Under the pieces are notes generated by a model, which saw nothing but the letters and a program-made list of their open reading frames with translations, did no database searches and was not told the DNA's origin. Positions 48,921-61,942 of a stretch of 64,000 nt of DNA are shown in pieces (positions within the stretch are counted from its first letter, which is position 1; every line of letters begins with the position of its first letter). This DNA is from Octopus sinensis. Lineage: Eukaryota. The stretch spans positions 13,950,001 through 14,014,000 of the forward strand of contig NC_043000.1 in assembly GCF_006345805.1 (NCBI RefSeq), written 5' to 3'. The position numbers and the translations under genes were made by a program.

Positions 48921-49250
48921 AAACTAATTGTTAATCGACCCCTTTAAACTAAATTTTCTTTATGACGTAATACATTTACCTATTGAGTGGATTTTGTAAT
49001 GTCTCTAACATTTATTATTGCTTAATATGAAAATGTAGATTACTTAATAATTGTGTAGCAACAGTTTACAGTATACCTGGCAGTTACTTTTGGTATAGAT
49101 CAGATAAAACTGCATCTTATTTTTTATGCACTTAGAACTTGTTAGAAAAATATTGTTGCTTGCTTGTATTCTGTTGTCATAACATGATGCAATAAATTAC
49201 CTATTAAGATGATGCAACAATATAGAGAAATGTTGTAAAGTAAATGATGT

Positions 49251-49646
49251 GTGGCTGTGTGGTAAGTAGCTTGCTAACCAACCACATGGTTCCGGGTTCA
49301 GTCCCTCTGCGTGGCATCTTGGGCAAGTGTCTTCTGCTATAGCCCCAGGCCGACCAATGCCTTGTGAGTGGATTTGGTAGACGGAAACTGAAAGAAGCCT
49401 GTCGTATATATGTACATATACATATATATATGTATGCGTGTTTGTGTGTCTGTGTTTGTCCCCCTAGCATTGCTTGACAACCGATGCTGGTGTGTTTACG
49501 TCCCCGTCACTTAGCGGTTCGGCAAAAAGAGACCGATAGAATAAGTACTGGGCTTACAAAGAATAAGTCCCGGGGTCGATTTGCTCGATTAAAAGGCGGT
49601 GCTGCAGCATGGCCGCAGTCAAATGACTGAAACAAGTAAAAGAGTA
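49251..49646 (+). mobile_element. SINE family A, young copy
   Basis: Family consensus match. Confidence 0.92.
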
Positions 49647-49749
49647 TGTATTCTTCACCTTTTAAAAATGCCAAATTTTATATAAACTTTGATAGCTTTG
49701 AGCTTATTTTTTTGCGGATTGGAACATTTTGAAGGGGGCAAAACCAATT

Positions 49750-49783
<34 letters not shown>

Positions 49784-50161
49784 ATACATTCAAACACACA
49801 CATTTATAATTATCAGTAACCTGCTGATAGCTGAATATGGCTGCTTATATGAAATGCTAATAACCATGTCAGAAGTTTTGGTAATGAATTATCTCCACCA
49901 CTAGTTATTGTGTTCATTCACTGTTGTTCAATAGTCGAGATCAATTGGATCTTGAATGAGTTTTTGCTAAAGCCAATATGTGCTGTGTTATTATTCATGT
50001 CTGAAACATTTACTCTATAAATCGGATCCCACTCAAGCCAGTTATAGTTAAGGAAACAATTGCTTGTTTCTACAGTTGCAATCTTGCTGATATTTGGTCT
50101 AATATTTCTAGCTACTTTATTGTAATTGAATATCTTGGCCCTTATATTATGTAAAAAATAA

Positions 50162-50348
50162 GGCGGTGAAATGCGTAGCTGTATTTCATCTGCTGTTACG
50201 TTCTGGGTTCAAATTCCGCCGAGGTCGACTTTGCCTTTCATCCTTTCGGGGTCGATAAATTAAGTACCAGTTACGCACTGGGGTTGATGTAATCGACTTA
50301 ATCCGCTTGTCTGTCCTTGTTTAGCCCCTTGTGGATAGTAAAGAAATA
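50162..50348 (+). mobile_element. SINE family B with a deletion in its head
   Basis: TSD tatattatgtaaa; core gaggtcgactttgcctttcatcctttcggggtcgataaa. Confidence 0.9.
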
Positions 50349-51669
50349 TATATTATGTAAACAACCATAACATCAACAGAACTTTTATTATAGATTTTAT
50401 GTCTGTGAAATGCAGGAAGTAAGTTTTTATTGAGACAAAGAAACACCTAACTGCATTTGTATCCATATTCATGCTGCATGGTGGTTTAAGCCATATCATT
50501 TTCTTGTTCTAACATTTAGTGAGTTTAGCTAAAGATGTTTTTAAATAATGTATTTTGTTCCACAAACCAGATCTCAATTCACTCTGATATTTCATCATGA
50601 CACCATTTGTCCAGACTAAAGTGTTACCTGTCAGTTTTAAGAGTTACTGATTTTCGAGTACAGGGTTTCCTTCATTATGACTGGCAGACTCTAAATTTTT
50701 GTATGAATTTCTAGTTTGCCCTCATAAACAGGTTACCTTCTGTATAGTATTGCTAAAAGAGAATAGATTCTGTTTAAAGGATATTAACCATTTAGCATTT
50801 AAACTGGCCATATCTGGCCAAAATGTTCTACCTGTTTTTTTTTTGTTCAAATCATCCAGATCCAGCCTCTCATACTTATCATACAATGCCATTCTAAAAA
50901 TAAAAAATCACATCATCAAAATCTCAGTTATAAGGTGATGTGTGACTAATCCAAAATGATGTGAATTAATAACCATTACATTTGACAGATTAATCTTAAT
51001 GCTATGGGATTTTAAACATGATAAAATGAAGCTTAGTGTTACCAAAAATATGTGAATAACAAATATGGTTAATTAATGAAAACAGTAACACTACCAGGAC
51101 ATTATTGTGAAGCTAATTATATACGATAATTAATAATAATAAATGTGCAATTAATATATGCAATTATAATCAACTCAATTACTAGATGCTGTACTGGTTC
51201 TTAGAGAGAGTTAGTAATCATAGTTAAGTAATGTTAAGTATGAAGCGAATTAATTTGTAGCAACAGCAGTAATAATTAACTGAACTTTTCTTGTATGATC
51301 TAAGTCTTTTTCGTTCATACCTCACAAGAGGTAAAAGGGAAATTTCAATGTTTTTAGAGCTGCAAATGACAAAAAAAACAAATCCAAATCTCTTGTGCAA
51401 AAGTTAGCATTTAAATTTCTGTGTGTGTGCGTGTTGAAAGAAAGATGGGATATGGAGTAAGGGAAATAGTTCTGGATGGGTGAAAAGCGATAGAAACACA
51501 TAAGTATACTATTGCATTTGCCTGGCATTGCTCAGTATACATGTGTGTGTGTATAACTTAAGGCTGCTATAAGGAGACTGTGTTTAGTTGTTTCAAAGCC
51601 CATAACTAAGGTAAATGGAAAAATAGAAGCATGAAACTTTGCTTATTTATCATAACATAAGGAAAGATG

Positions 51670-52420
51670 TTACTCAATACGTCTACCACCAGCAGCTATA
51701 ATCGATTACAGATGGCAGAAGGCTGGGACATACCCTCATTACCTCATCCAGATTGTTAGATCTGAATGCCTCTCCTAACGGCACTCTTCAGAGTACCTGT
51801 GCTGCGGTGTGGTGTTATATTGGGCTTGTCCTCAGTGAACCCCACCCACCCACTCACACACATTCAAAAGTCACATGATTTCAGATCTTGTAAGCTAAAA
51901 GGCCAGACCTCCTTGGAAACAAACTGGAATTTTTTTTTTCCCCAAATTATTCCGCTCGGGCTTTGAAACCTGTGCTAGTGCAGAGTCTTCGAAAAACAAT
52001 CTCATTCAGACTGTTTGGTAATCCATAGCTTAAAACTTTAATCAAAAATGTTCAAGTACTCAGTTGTATTGATGTGAAAAACTCCTGGGGTGAAATGAGG
52101 TGGCTTCACATGCTTATTGCTCTCAATAGCTCCAAACATCATCACCAGGGTCAGATTCTCTTTTTGCACAGTAGGAACTTCAGAAGGTTTGAAAGGAGTA
52201 ACCCACAGCTGTGGTGGTGATTTCTGGTTGACAGATTCCTTTTTTGCTAGCTGGTGTTTTGATTTGCTATAACAGATCATTTTAAACCAGCTAGAAAGGT
52301 GCAAACGTGCTTGCAGTCACTGAAAGTATTGTGAATTGAACAGAACATTTGTAGCATTAGCCTTTGTATGAATGATGGCATCGCAAGGACTACACCAAGT
52401 ATTGTTCTTTTCAGCAATAA
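51670..52420 (-). pseudogene. Decayed Tc1/mariner (maT/DD37D-like) transposase
   Basis: VMMFGAIES..PPHF, FFEDSALAQ (cf. FQQDSAPAH), VWPFSLQDLKSCDF (cf. WPPSSPDLNPLDF), IIAAGGRRIE*. Confidence 0.75.
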
Positions 52421-52466
52421 CATTTCGCTGCAATGATTCTATAAACACTAGTGCAATCTGTTATAA

Positions 52467-52850
52467 TCTCTCTCTATATAAACGGCAGTTTGTCTGTGCG
52501 TTTTCTGTGTGTCTGTTTTCTCGTACCCTCACCCTGACCACGGCTTTCAACCGATTCTGATGAAACTTGACACACACATAGCCCAATGTCATAATTCAAA
52601 ACTAACGCAGCCAAAATTTTGAAAAGTTCCCCCAGTTCTAAAAAAAATCGATAAATTCGACATGGGGTCGAGAATCAGAAACCCAAACCACAGACCGTCT
52701 AGGGGACGCAACTCCACCTTCTTTAACTCTCAAAAAAAATTTACCATCATTTTTTTCCCATTTTTTGGCTATTTTTTGGCTATAACTCTCTAAAAATGCT
52801 TTATAGTTATTTCCCTTACAAACCCGAGCAACGCCGGGCGATACTGCTAG
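52467..52850 (+). mobile_element. Non-autonomous Helitron
   Basis: A|TC 5' end, subterminal hairpin cccgagcaacgccggg, CTAG|T 3' end, no TSD. Confidence 0.9.
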
Positions 52851-53190
52851 TCTTTAATAAAAGAAACCAGAAGCTAATACTTCAGATGTGTCACATGCAA
52901 AAAATTAACTCCTTATTTACAATACATGTTTATCAATATATAACAGTTTTAAAATTGTCCCATAATTTAAAGTAGCTGCATTTTTTTTTTCATAATTAAA
53001 ATATCCTTGGCCATTTAGACTAGTTATTGCTATTGTGTTTAAGGAATGTATTTATATAGTAAAGGTAAGGCTTAAATACATATACCAACAGGTTCCCACA
53101 CCATCCCACAAAAATATTTTTCTTACCTCTTTTATATTTATTTAAATATTTCAACAACAATAACCCACAAATATGGGGTTCACTTCTTAA

Positions 53191-53407
53191 CCCTTTTGTT
53201 ACCATATTTCTGTTGAGATGCTCTGTGTTTCTTTCAATTACTTTAAATATAACAAAGAATTTAGAAAAATATCTTAGTTATCATTAAGCTAGTATCAGGA
53301 ACATAAATTCTGACTAAGGTTTCGTGGAAGATTTTAATTCAAAACTTATGAAAACAAGATGTACTACAGAACCAGAGCCGGTTTCAGCCGGGTTGGTAAC
53401 GAAAGGG
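53191..53407 (-). mobile_element. piggyBac-like MITE, family P1
   Basis: TTAA|ccctttt...gaaaggg|TTAA. Confidence 0.88.
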
Positions 53408-53664
53408 TTAAACTTCAAAGAAATTTTTGAAGTTTTAAGTGCCAAGATTCTGAGCAAAAACTTTTCTTTGTCAATTATATAATTCCTCACATTCTACAAA
53501 TGACTACCTTCTCCTACATTCACATTTCTGACTACTTTCCTCTATGTAAGTTATTTCATCCATATTGAATTTATATTTCCTATATTCTGTTTTAATTCTT
53601 CTAAAGATACCTTAGGTCAAATGTTTATTTTTAAATACACAGAAATGATGACATAATTTTGTTA

Positions 53665-54465
53665 TTTCCTATGTCTTCCTGGTTCTTCATCTTCTACATG
53701 TTCCATCCTCTTGAAATTCTCAGTACTTTTTGTAACTGACATCTTTCATATATATCACATGCCTGAACAAGTCTTTTTATGTACATTACATCTGACTCCT
53801 CTTGCATCCAGTTTTTCTCTCTGTTCATTTGTGCTCTGGCAATCATACATAGTAATATTATGCATCCAGCAGAACCGGTCAGCTTGTTTTTTTCAAGCAG
53901 TCACATATTACTGAAGGTCCACATTCTGCTACCATGCAGAATTGCTCTTAGTACACACACAATCTTCTTTTCACTCTGAGAGAAAAATCTTTTGTTGCCA
54001 GCAGAGGTAACATCTCCCTGAATTTTTTTCCACTTAATTCTTACCTTGGTAACTGGTTTAAGAAAGCCATACAAACCATGTGCATAGATGCCACAATCAA
54101 AATTAGAATTAAAAATTAGTTCAACTAAGAATTTAGCATACAGTTTTGTGCAGGTCAGAGTTTGGTTCTCACCCCTCTTATTACATTCCTCCAGGCCATA
54201 ACAGAAGTTTCAGACTAGCTGTCTGTCAGAACTACTTGAAAGTGCTGACCTAGTTCTTACAGCTAAATCAATATCTAGAGTCAAAAGGTCTTCCATGAAT
54301 ACAGAAGATGTGAAGTAGGATCTCAAGTGATTAGCAGTGCAAGTACATGTGAAATAAATTCCTCCAGAAGGCTCTCATTTGATAGCTCTTTATTACATAA
54401 GTGACCTAGTTAACAGAGGAGGTGGATTTTCTAATAGCATAGTTGCCAATGTAAGAATTGGGATA
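53665..54465. pseudogene. Decayed RTE LINE with an internal inversion
   Basis: Minus 53665-54050: VRIKWKK-FREMLPLLATK..LHGSRMW; plus 54051-54465: NWFKKAIQTM..GQSLVLTPL..IVANVRIG. Confidence 0.7.
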
Positions 54466-54596
54466 ATTTACTCTTGTGGGTTCTGAATGTTCCCTTCTAG
54501 GCAAAGGTTCTAATCTTTACTTACCAACAAACTAAGTTTGATCTACATTTTCATACCATGTGCTGTCCTTAGTCAAACAATACAGTGTTGGCTTAA

Positions 54597-54815
54597 CCCT
54601 TTTGTTACCATATTTCCACTGAAATGCTCTGTTTCTTCAATTAATTTTAAATGTAACAAAGAAGTTAGTAAAATAACTTGGTTATCATTAAGCTAGTATT
54701 AGGCACATAAATTGTGACTAAGGTTTGGTGGAAGATTTTTATTCAGAAATTTTGAAAACAAGACATTTGTATTACAGAGCCAGAGGCGGTTTCAGGCAGG
54801 TTGGTATCGAAAGGG
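54597..54815 (-). mobile_element. piggyBac-like MITE, family P1
   Basis: TTAA|ccctttt...gaaaggg|TTAA. Confidence 0.88.
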
Positions 54816-55159
54816 TTAAATATTGCTGCTCTACATGGTCTCATGACTTAAACAAAGTTCAACTTTGACTTGTGTCTGTAGCAGTGTTACAATTTGGATG
54901 TATTTCTTTTTAAAAAACTTTTAAAATGTCTTAGTATCACTGTCGATAAACTCCACATGCTTCAATAGCTTCAAATCCATAGTGACCTCACAGTCAAACT
55001 AGCCAACAATGGTAGTGTTGTAGTTGCTTATCAGACTGCCCTTTACCAGGAGAATATCTTGTCAGCTTAGCAATATAGATTACCTAAAGATCACACACTT
55101 CAAAACCCAGAAACTGCTATCTTGTAAAAGTACTGGTTTTGAAGTGTGTGATCTCTTTC

Positions 55160-56000
55160 TCTGCATTCCCTTCCACTGTAGCTAACCCTTACCATCAATG
55201 TAAGTCATACTTCTACAATCTATTTTCTCCCCTAAGTTGCACAAACCAACCATCCAGGTTACTTCATCTCTGCCTATAGTTAAGTGTCCCACTGAACTTT
55301 CTTCTTTCTATAGTGATAAACTCATATCAACCTTTGCTCTCACCAAGTATACCAATCATGCCCTTAACTTTTGTAACTCCTCTTTCTTCCCTACTAGACC
55401 TGTGCAACTCTTATTCGCCATAGATGTAAAATCCTTGTACACTTTCATCCCCTATGATAAAGAGCTCTTAAGTATTTCTTTTCCTCTACCCTTTACTTGG
55501 GCCCAGTTCCACTTTTCTCTGATAAGCATTAACAACAAACTACCAGAGGTGGCCATGGAGATTAACATACTCTAATTACACCAACCTTTTTGAGGTTTAG
55601 ATCTTTGTTCATTCTATTGGATCTGCCCTTGAATTCTACACTTGTTGAGTAGTGACTGTATTGGCACTTTTCCTTCAGCCAGAAACAAAACCTTTGCCTT
55701 CATTCGTTTCAACTATTTCCATCCATCTTTATAATTTTACCTCTACCATTTCCAATACTTTTGTTCTTTTCATTGATATCTTTGTCACTATTGATGGTCT
55801 TCACATTTCTACTTTTGTTCCCCATAAAAATACTGATTCACACTCCTCCCTTGACTTTTATTTCTTTCATCCTTCTCACACAAGGACCACTGTCCTTTTT
55901 GTCCCAATTTCTATGACTCCTTTGGCTTTGTTGTAAAAACTCAGATTTTCTTTTCATGTCTAAAGAAATGCACCATATTTTCCTTGCATTAGGTTACCCC
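55160..56000 (+). pseudogene. Decayed Penelope-like element reverse transcriptase
   Basis: HKP..CPTELS..TNHALN..LLFAIDVKSLYTFIP, then FTSTISNTFVLFIDI..STFVPHKNTDSHSSLDF..HP (PLE RT motifs). Confidence 0.85.
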
Positions 56001-56704
56001 GTTATCATTAGTGAACTCAAATCTTCAGCAAGTTTTCAGGTTCTTAACAGAAACTGTTTTATCTTAAGGAGTTTACTTTTCTACAGCTTTTTACATGTCT
56101 ACACTTGCCTCTGCAACTGTCATTTCCTTTCCTCTGGACCCTCTTACTATCATTATCTTTGCTAATCCTCTCCTTTAAAAGGGACATGTGTAACCTTTAA
56201 AACATTAGCTTCTCTTGTATGACGTAACCAAGCACCTTCAAATGCTTCCATTCTGTTTACTACACCTCTTTTCATCATCAAGAGTATGCATATAATTGGC
56301 CCCTAAATTTCAATTTTAGTATTTAATGGCAGAAAGTGAATGTTATTCGTAATGAAATGTTTGTTGAAAACCTAGAAAGAGAAAGGCAGTTTATATGTAA
56401 TTATGTGTATAAACTATTTGATATTGCTGTTATGACAATTTATTGAACTCAAAGGTATATGTGTCACTATGTGGGCGTGTCCAGCTATGCATACTTATTA
56501 CAAAATGTACAGATATTGTCTGAGAGATATTCCAGTCCTTTTTATACATCTCCTCCTCTTCCTCCAATAATTTTGGTCAAAATTCATTAAGAAATTGGAA
56601 GGTTGTTTCAGGATGTATGTAGTTTATGTGCATGTCTGTATATGTGCATATTTAAATAACAAATACTTACACATCAACATAGCATATATACAGTAGATAT
56701 TGTA

Positions 56705-56992
56705 TTCTTTTATTAGTTTGTCATTTGACTGCAGCCATACTGGAGTACTGCCTTTTTAGTTGAACAAATTGACCCCAGAACTTATTCTTTGTAAGCCTAT
56801 CTATAGGTCTCCTTCGCCAAACCACTAAGTTATGGGGGTGTAAACACACACACACAAACACGCACAATGGGCTTTCAGTTTCTGTCTACCAAATTCCCTC
56901 ACAAGTCTTTGGTTGTCCCGAGGCTATACCAGAAGAGACTGAACTCAGAACCATGTGGTTGGGAAGCAAACTACTTACCACACAGCCACTCC
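56705..56992 (-). mobile_element. SINE family A, decayed
   Basis: Family consensus match. Confidence 0.82.
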
Positions 56993-59900
56993 TTTTCCCA
57001 AACTTGCACTGTGAAAAGGTAAACAATGTAACTACATTTGAATGTTCTCTCCACTTGATTGTTTTTATGAGTTATTTCATAGTTGTTTAACTGATCACCA
57101 GTAGGGACATATCCTGATGTTTTGTCTACCATGAGAATTAGTCTTCTGATAATTGGTTAAATAATCTTGCAAGCAATTACAGTATGAAGATACATATTAG
57201 CCATTCAAAGGCACACAAAAAACTTTTTTTTCCACTCACTGTAGCATGGTTGCTGCTACAGTTCCATTTCAGTTACTTTCAACACACAATCTCAGATCAA
57301 ATCACTAACTAGACTTGCACATCTCTGAAAATTCCTAACCATTTAGCATTCAGATTACTCTGTCACATGTAATGCTTATTTATTCACATTGTTTTTGAAT
57401 TAATCATGCTTTATCTCAAAGCTTCAAGATGATGTGATTGTGTATTTTTAGAATGACATTGTAGGGTAAGTGTGAGAGATGAGAGCTTGTCGGTTTGAAC
57501 ATAAAATAGAATATTTGGAGCTGATATGGCCAGTTTAAATGCAGAAAGGTTAAAGATAATCCTAATAATTTTTCTCTGTACAAAAACTACATTCAAATGT
57601 ATTTTATATTTTTCACAGTAAGTCTAAAGAAATGCAGATATGTCTACATGTTATGCATGCATGCACACACACACACACACACACAGGTCGACTTCCTGCT
57701 TTCTAGCTGATGATGATGATATGATACGATACCTCTTTTAATTCTGACATAACTATGTGAGGACACTTAAATTTCCAGCAACCAATTAGTTTTTTCACCG
57801 CCAAGTCTTCTTGACACACATTTCTTTAATCACTAGTGACATATCATGGACCAGAAGCACCCTCCCTACATCTGACTATAATAGTATGAAGAGGCGAAAT
57901 TTTAAAACTAAATCTAATATGATCTAATCCTTTTAGGATCTCCTCTTTTAGTGAAGAGCAAATTATTTGATAACTTTCTAAGCAAGAAAGAGGAAAAGGT
58001 AAATCTATGCCTTTTAGTTATGTTTGAAGAGAGGCATTAGATTTGGTTTGAAACATTTACACCTTCACCTTATAGTTGAAGGGCTGGAAAAGTGTTTCTA
58101 GCAAAAAATTCTTAATGTGAAAGCAACCTGCTAGGAATTTACTCTGAATTACCACTACTTCTACTACCCGCTTTCTTTGAATCCTGCAAAACAGATAATC
58201 CGACAAAGGTTCTGAAACCAAGAGTGCTAAAAAATTAGCGGTGTACCTGTATAATGTGTGTGTGTGTTTGTGTTGTTGATATTGCACTGTCTAACTGTTC
58301 TATTTTTACACCTGCAACCCTTTCTCCACTCTGCTAGCTCTTATTATAGACTGCTAAACTTTTCTGTGTAATTTTGTTTTCAAACAATTCTGACAACATC
58401 TAACAATTTCACTTCCTACAGCCCACCAACTACTTAATTCTTTTACCAATTCTGTTATCAGTTCATTGTTTTAACCATTCTTGTCAGCTACTCTCCTCTC
58501 TTTACAGGTTAGGATTATTGGTAATCAACGTATATGTCCTTTTGTTCTTCATCTCCCACCTCATTTAGCTGGTCCTTACCATTTTAATTAATCTGTATCT
58601 ATCTGCTACTATTTTGATCACATCATACAATTTCCACATGTTCTCATATCTCCTTTACTACTTACACCAGTTTGATCCTCTCTCTCTCTCTCTCTCTCTC
58701 TTTCATTCCTCAACATCAAAAACCTTCATTTTTTTCTCCCTCTCCAAAAAAAGATAAATATCCAAAACATGAAAGCCTCTCATTATGTATAAATGATATT
58801 CCACTGTTTGAACTATTTTGTATTGCTTTTTGCTGAGGCGGAACATCACTAGTTTCTTTCAGTTCTACTTTATTACTTGGGATTAGTCAGTAATAAGAGA
58901 GTTAATCTTTCAGTACCAGCCCATCTAAGATTGCCCCTAGTTCTGCGGTACAAATTCCCTATTTTAAAGTGATCCAATTAAAATTACATGTTATAATTTT
59001 ATTTTCCAAACATCAGATTAATAACGACAAAGTTATTTCAGTAAATTCATTGTTTTCAAAACTTACTGAAACAAAGGCAGAAATATGGCAACAAATGAGT
59101 TTAAAAGGATCTAATTCCAGTAATAATAAAATATCAAATATTTCAGAGATAATTTCACTCATTGTCAATAATGATTCTTTCATTTGTGCCTAAGTGGTGT
59201 GTTCTTTGCTACCCAGTTTTTTATTGTATCCACATTTACAATAATACCATGGCTGGGTGCGAAATTACTGCAGTGTTGCCCTTTACATGTTAACTTGTAT
59301 GGTATGGTATGGCACGGTATGGTATAGTTGTGTAATAACGAAGCCAGCAGCATGACTAGAAAGAAAGCTTGATTTCAGATAGTTGCTGCTACTGCTGCTG
59401 CTGCTGCTGTTTTGTAGAGCCAGCTGATAATGAATCACATCCCTAATGGTGCCCTTCCAAATACAAGAATCACATTCTATGAATATAACACAAACTTTTT
59501 TTTTTTGCAGTAGGAAGGAGTTGTCTTTTTGGCAGCAACTCAGTTTACACACACGTGTGCATGCACGTTTACCACACATACAGTAGAGAGGAAACATTTC
59601 TTCTTTTTTCTTTTTTCTTTTTTTATTAATCTTCACCAGAAATACAGCATTTCAAAAATAGCTCACTAGTATTTGTGCAAGCAGGTATATAATATGGCTT
59701 TTATTATTAACCAACATTAACACTTTAGTTATTAATGAAAATAATCATAAAATTTTTGTTTTGCTTCACATTTTGCCGTTTTAAGGGGAATGAAGCCATT
59801 TTACTAAAGTTTACTATAGTGTTTTATGCTATTTTTATAATATTATTTATAGGCAAGGATTGTCTATAATTAAATTCCTTCATTCACATACAAATATATG

Positions 59901-60529
59901 TGATATATTCTTTGTTTCAGTCATTGGACTGCAGCCATTCTGGGTCACCACCTTGAAGGGTTTCTTAGAAATTCAGTTCAACCTCAATATATATTTTCTA
60001 AGTCTGGCACTTATTGAAGCACCAAAATGCAAATTTATAGTTACATAAGCTAAACTTACACTTGTATGTATGTACGTATGCATGTGTGTATACATACACA
60101 AATATATATGTGTGCATACACACACACACATATGCCATTGGGGCTCAATGCAGTCCTCTGGCCAGTCAGATTCTATCAAACCATCAAGCCCATGTCAGCT
60201 TGGAGCATGGATGTTAAATGATGATATATTGGGTTTCTGAACAGTTTTCATTACCAGATTCACTCATGAGGTATTGGTTGACCTCAAGCTTATTGTAGGA
60301 GATGCCTTCCCAAGGGGCTGCTGGGACCATGCAACTACAACTTCTTGGCCACACGGTCTTGCATTGTTTATATTGCAAAGAAAAAATAAAATAGAATGAT
60401 GAAACATTGAAATATACCCATCTTTCGTCATTTTAGAGTTTCTCAAAAGTAGGATCACATGTGATGTAAATAAACATGTGGATGACTTTATATATTTATT
60501 CTAGGAATAGTTTTTGTAAATTTGGATTA

Positions 60530-60951
60530 CAAGTCATCGTCAACTTAAGACCACAACTGGTTCCGACTGACTGGTCGTAAGTCAATTTGGTCATAAGTTG
60601 GCCTCTAGGCCTATGTAGCTTTGTTTTATATTTGTACATTCTTCAGGTACATTCTCAGTTAATAGTCACACCGCATTTTGTATTATACTATTATACTGGT
60701 ATTAGTAAAAAATTTTGGAGTCTCAAACAGTCATCTTATAAACAAATACAAGGTTGCCTCGATGTCTCTGTGACAGGATAGCCATCCAACAGAGTGGCGA
60801 TCAATAACCAAACATAGGGAAAGCATTTGTTAGCTGACATCATCCATAGACGGGTTCCCATTAAATTTCAACTGGACTATTTATTATTGCTGCTGGGAGC
60901 TGGCATGGCAATCGACATAAAATCGATCGGTCGTAAGTCGATGATGACCTG
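60530..60951. mobile_element. pogo/Tigger-like MITE
   Basis: TA|caagtcatcgtcaacttaagacc...ggtcgtaagtcgatgatgacctg|TA. Confidence 0.85.
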
Positions 60952-60959
60952 TATTACTT

Positions 60960-61180
60960 CAATTGTTTTTACTCCCCAGATATGGCTAGTTTAGTGCTGC
61001 CTTTACTCAAGGTCTCCCTCTCACCAACCACTATCTATCTACTCCTTTTCAGACCCTCATATTTGCCATTATATTAAATCCTCCTTTCCCAGATCATCAT
61101 CCACCTCGAATTTTCTCTTTGCACATTTTTCCTGCAGCAGTTCAAGCAGAATGTTAACAGCTTTGTGCTGGCTTGATTTG
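60960..61180 (+). mobile_element. Probable 3' relic of a CR1/Jockey-type LINE
   Basis: Frameshifted ..SSFPR..HIFP..QQFKQNVNS C-terminal remnant. Confidence 0.4.
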
Positions 61181-61739
61181 GAAACCCTGCACAAGGTATT
61201 GGCACAAACCCTTCTTCAAGAGCAATCCAATAATAAAACGAAAACCTTAAGACAGCCATTCAGACAACTATAATAACTAAGCATACTAATATCTATTAGT
61301 ATGTGAACATCATCATCATTAAAGTCCACTTTTAGATGCTTACGAGGGTCAAACAATTTGAAGATTTTCTTGTCACGAACCCTCACTTGCTTCCAAGTGA
61401 AGTAATATTTTTCCATGACCAGACTTTTTCTTTTTTATTGAAGATTGGACATCGACACTGCTTAAGTCACGACAAGGTTTCTTTCACTTTCTGTCTACTA
61501 AATCTACTCAAAAAGTTTTGGCTGGTTCAGGGCTATAGTTGAAGACCCTGATTAAAAATTGCTTATGCAGGTATTATAGTAGAAGAGGAATTAAGTAAAG
61601 TACAGAGTTGGCAAGTTTAGAGGGGCAGTGTAAGACACGGTAGTTGCAGCCAAAGTGTGTTTGAGGTTGAGTATTGATTGATAACTAATGAAGAAATAGT
61701 CCAGAAGGTATGTGTGTATATATACACAGGACGACATTG

Positions 61740-61942
61740 TAAAATGGTTGGCATTTGGAATGGCATCTAGCTGTGAAAACCATACTAAAAACACATTGCC
61801 AGTGTTGGTGCCATGTAAAAAGCACTCAGTTCACTCTTTAAGGTGGTTGGCGTTAGGAAGGGCCTCCAGCTGTAGAAACCCTGTTAAACCGTCCAATCTA
61901 TGCTAGCATGGAAAATGGACATTAAATGATGATGATGATGAT
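61740..61942 (+). mobile_element. RTE LINE 3' tail
   Basis: ggtggttggcgttaggaagggcctccagctgtagaaacc...ggacattaaatgatgatgatgat. Confidence 0.8.

Noticed and set aside
51670-56000. Intact transposase, RT or Fanzor/TnpB-like nuclease
   Set aside because: All TE coding remnants contain stops or frameshifts; no RuvC-like motifs seen
61138-61195. Exon with a NAGNAG acceptor and aag|gtattg donor
   Set aside because: The surrounding translation resembles a LINE C-terminus; no independent support
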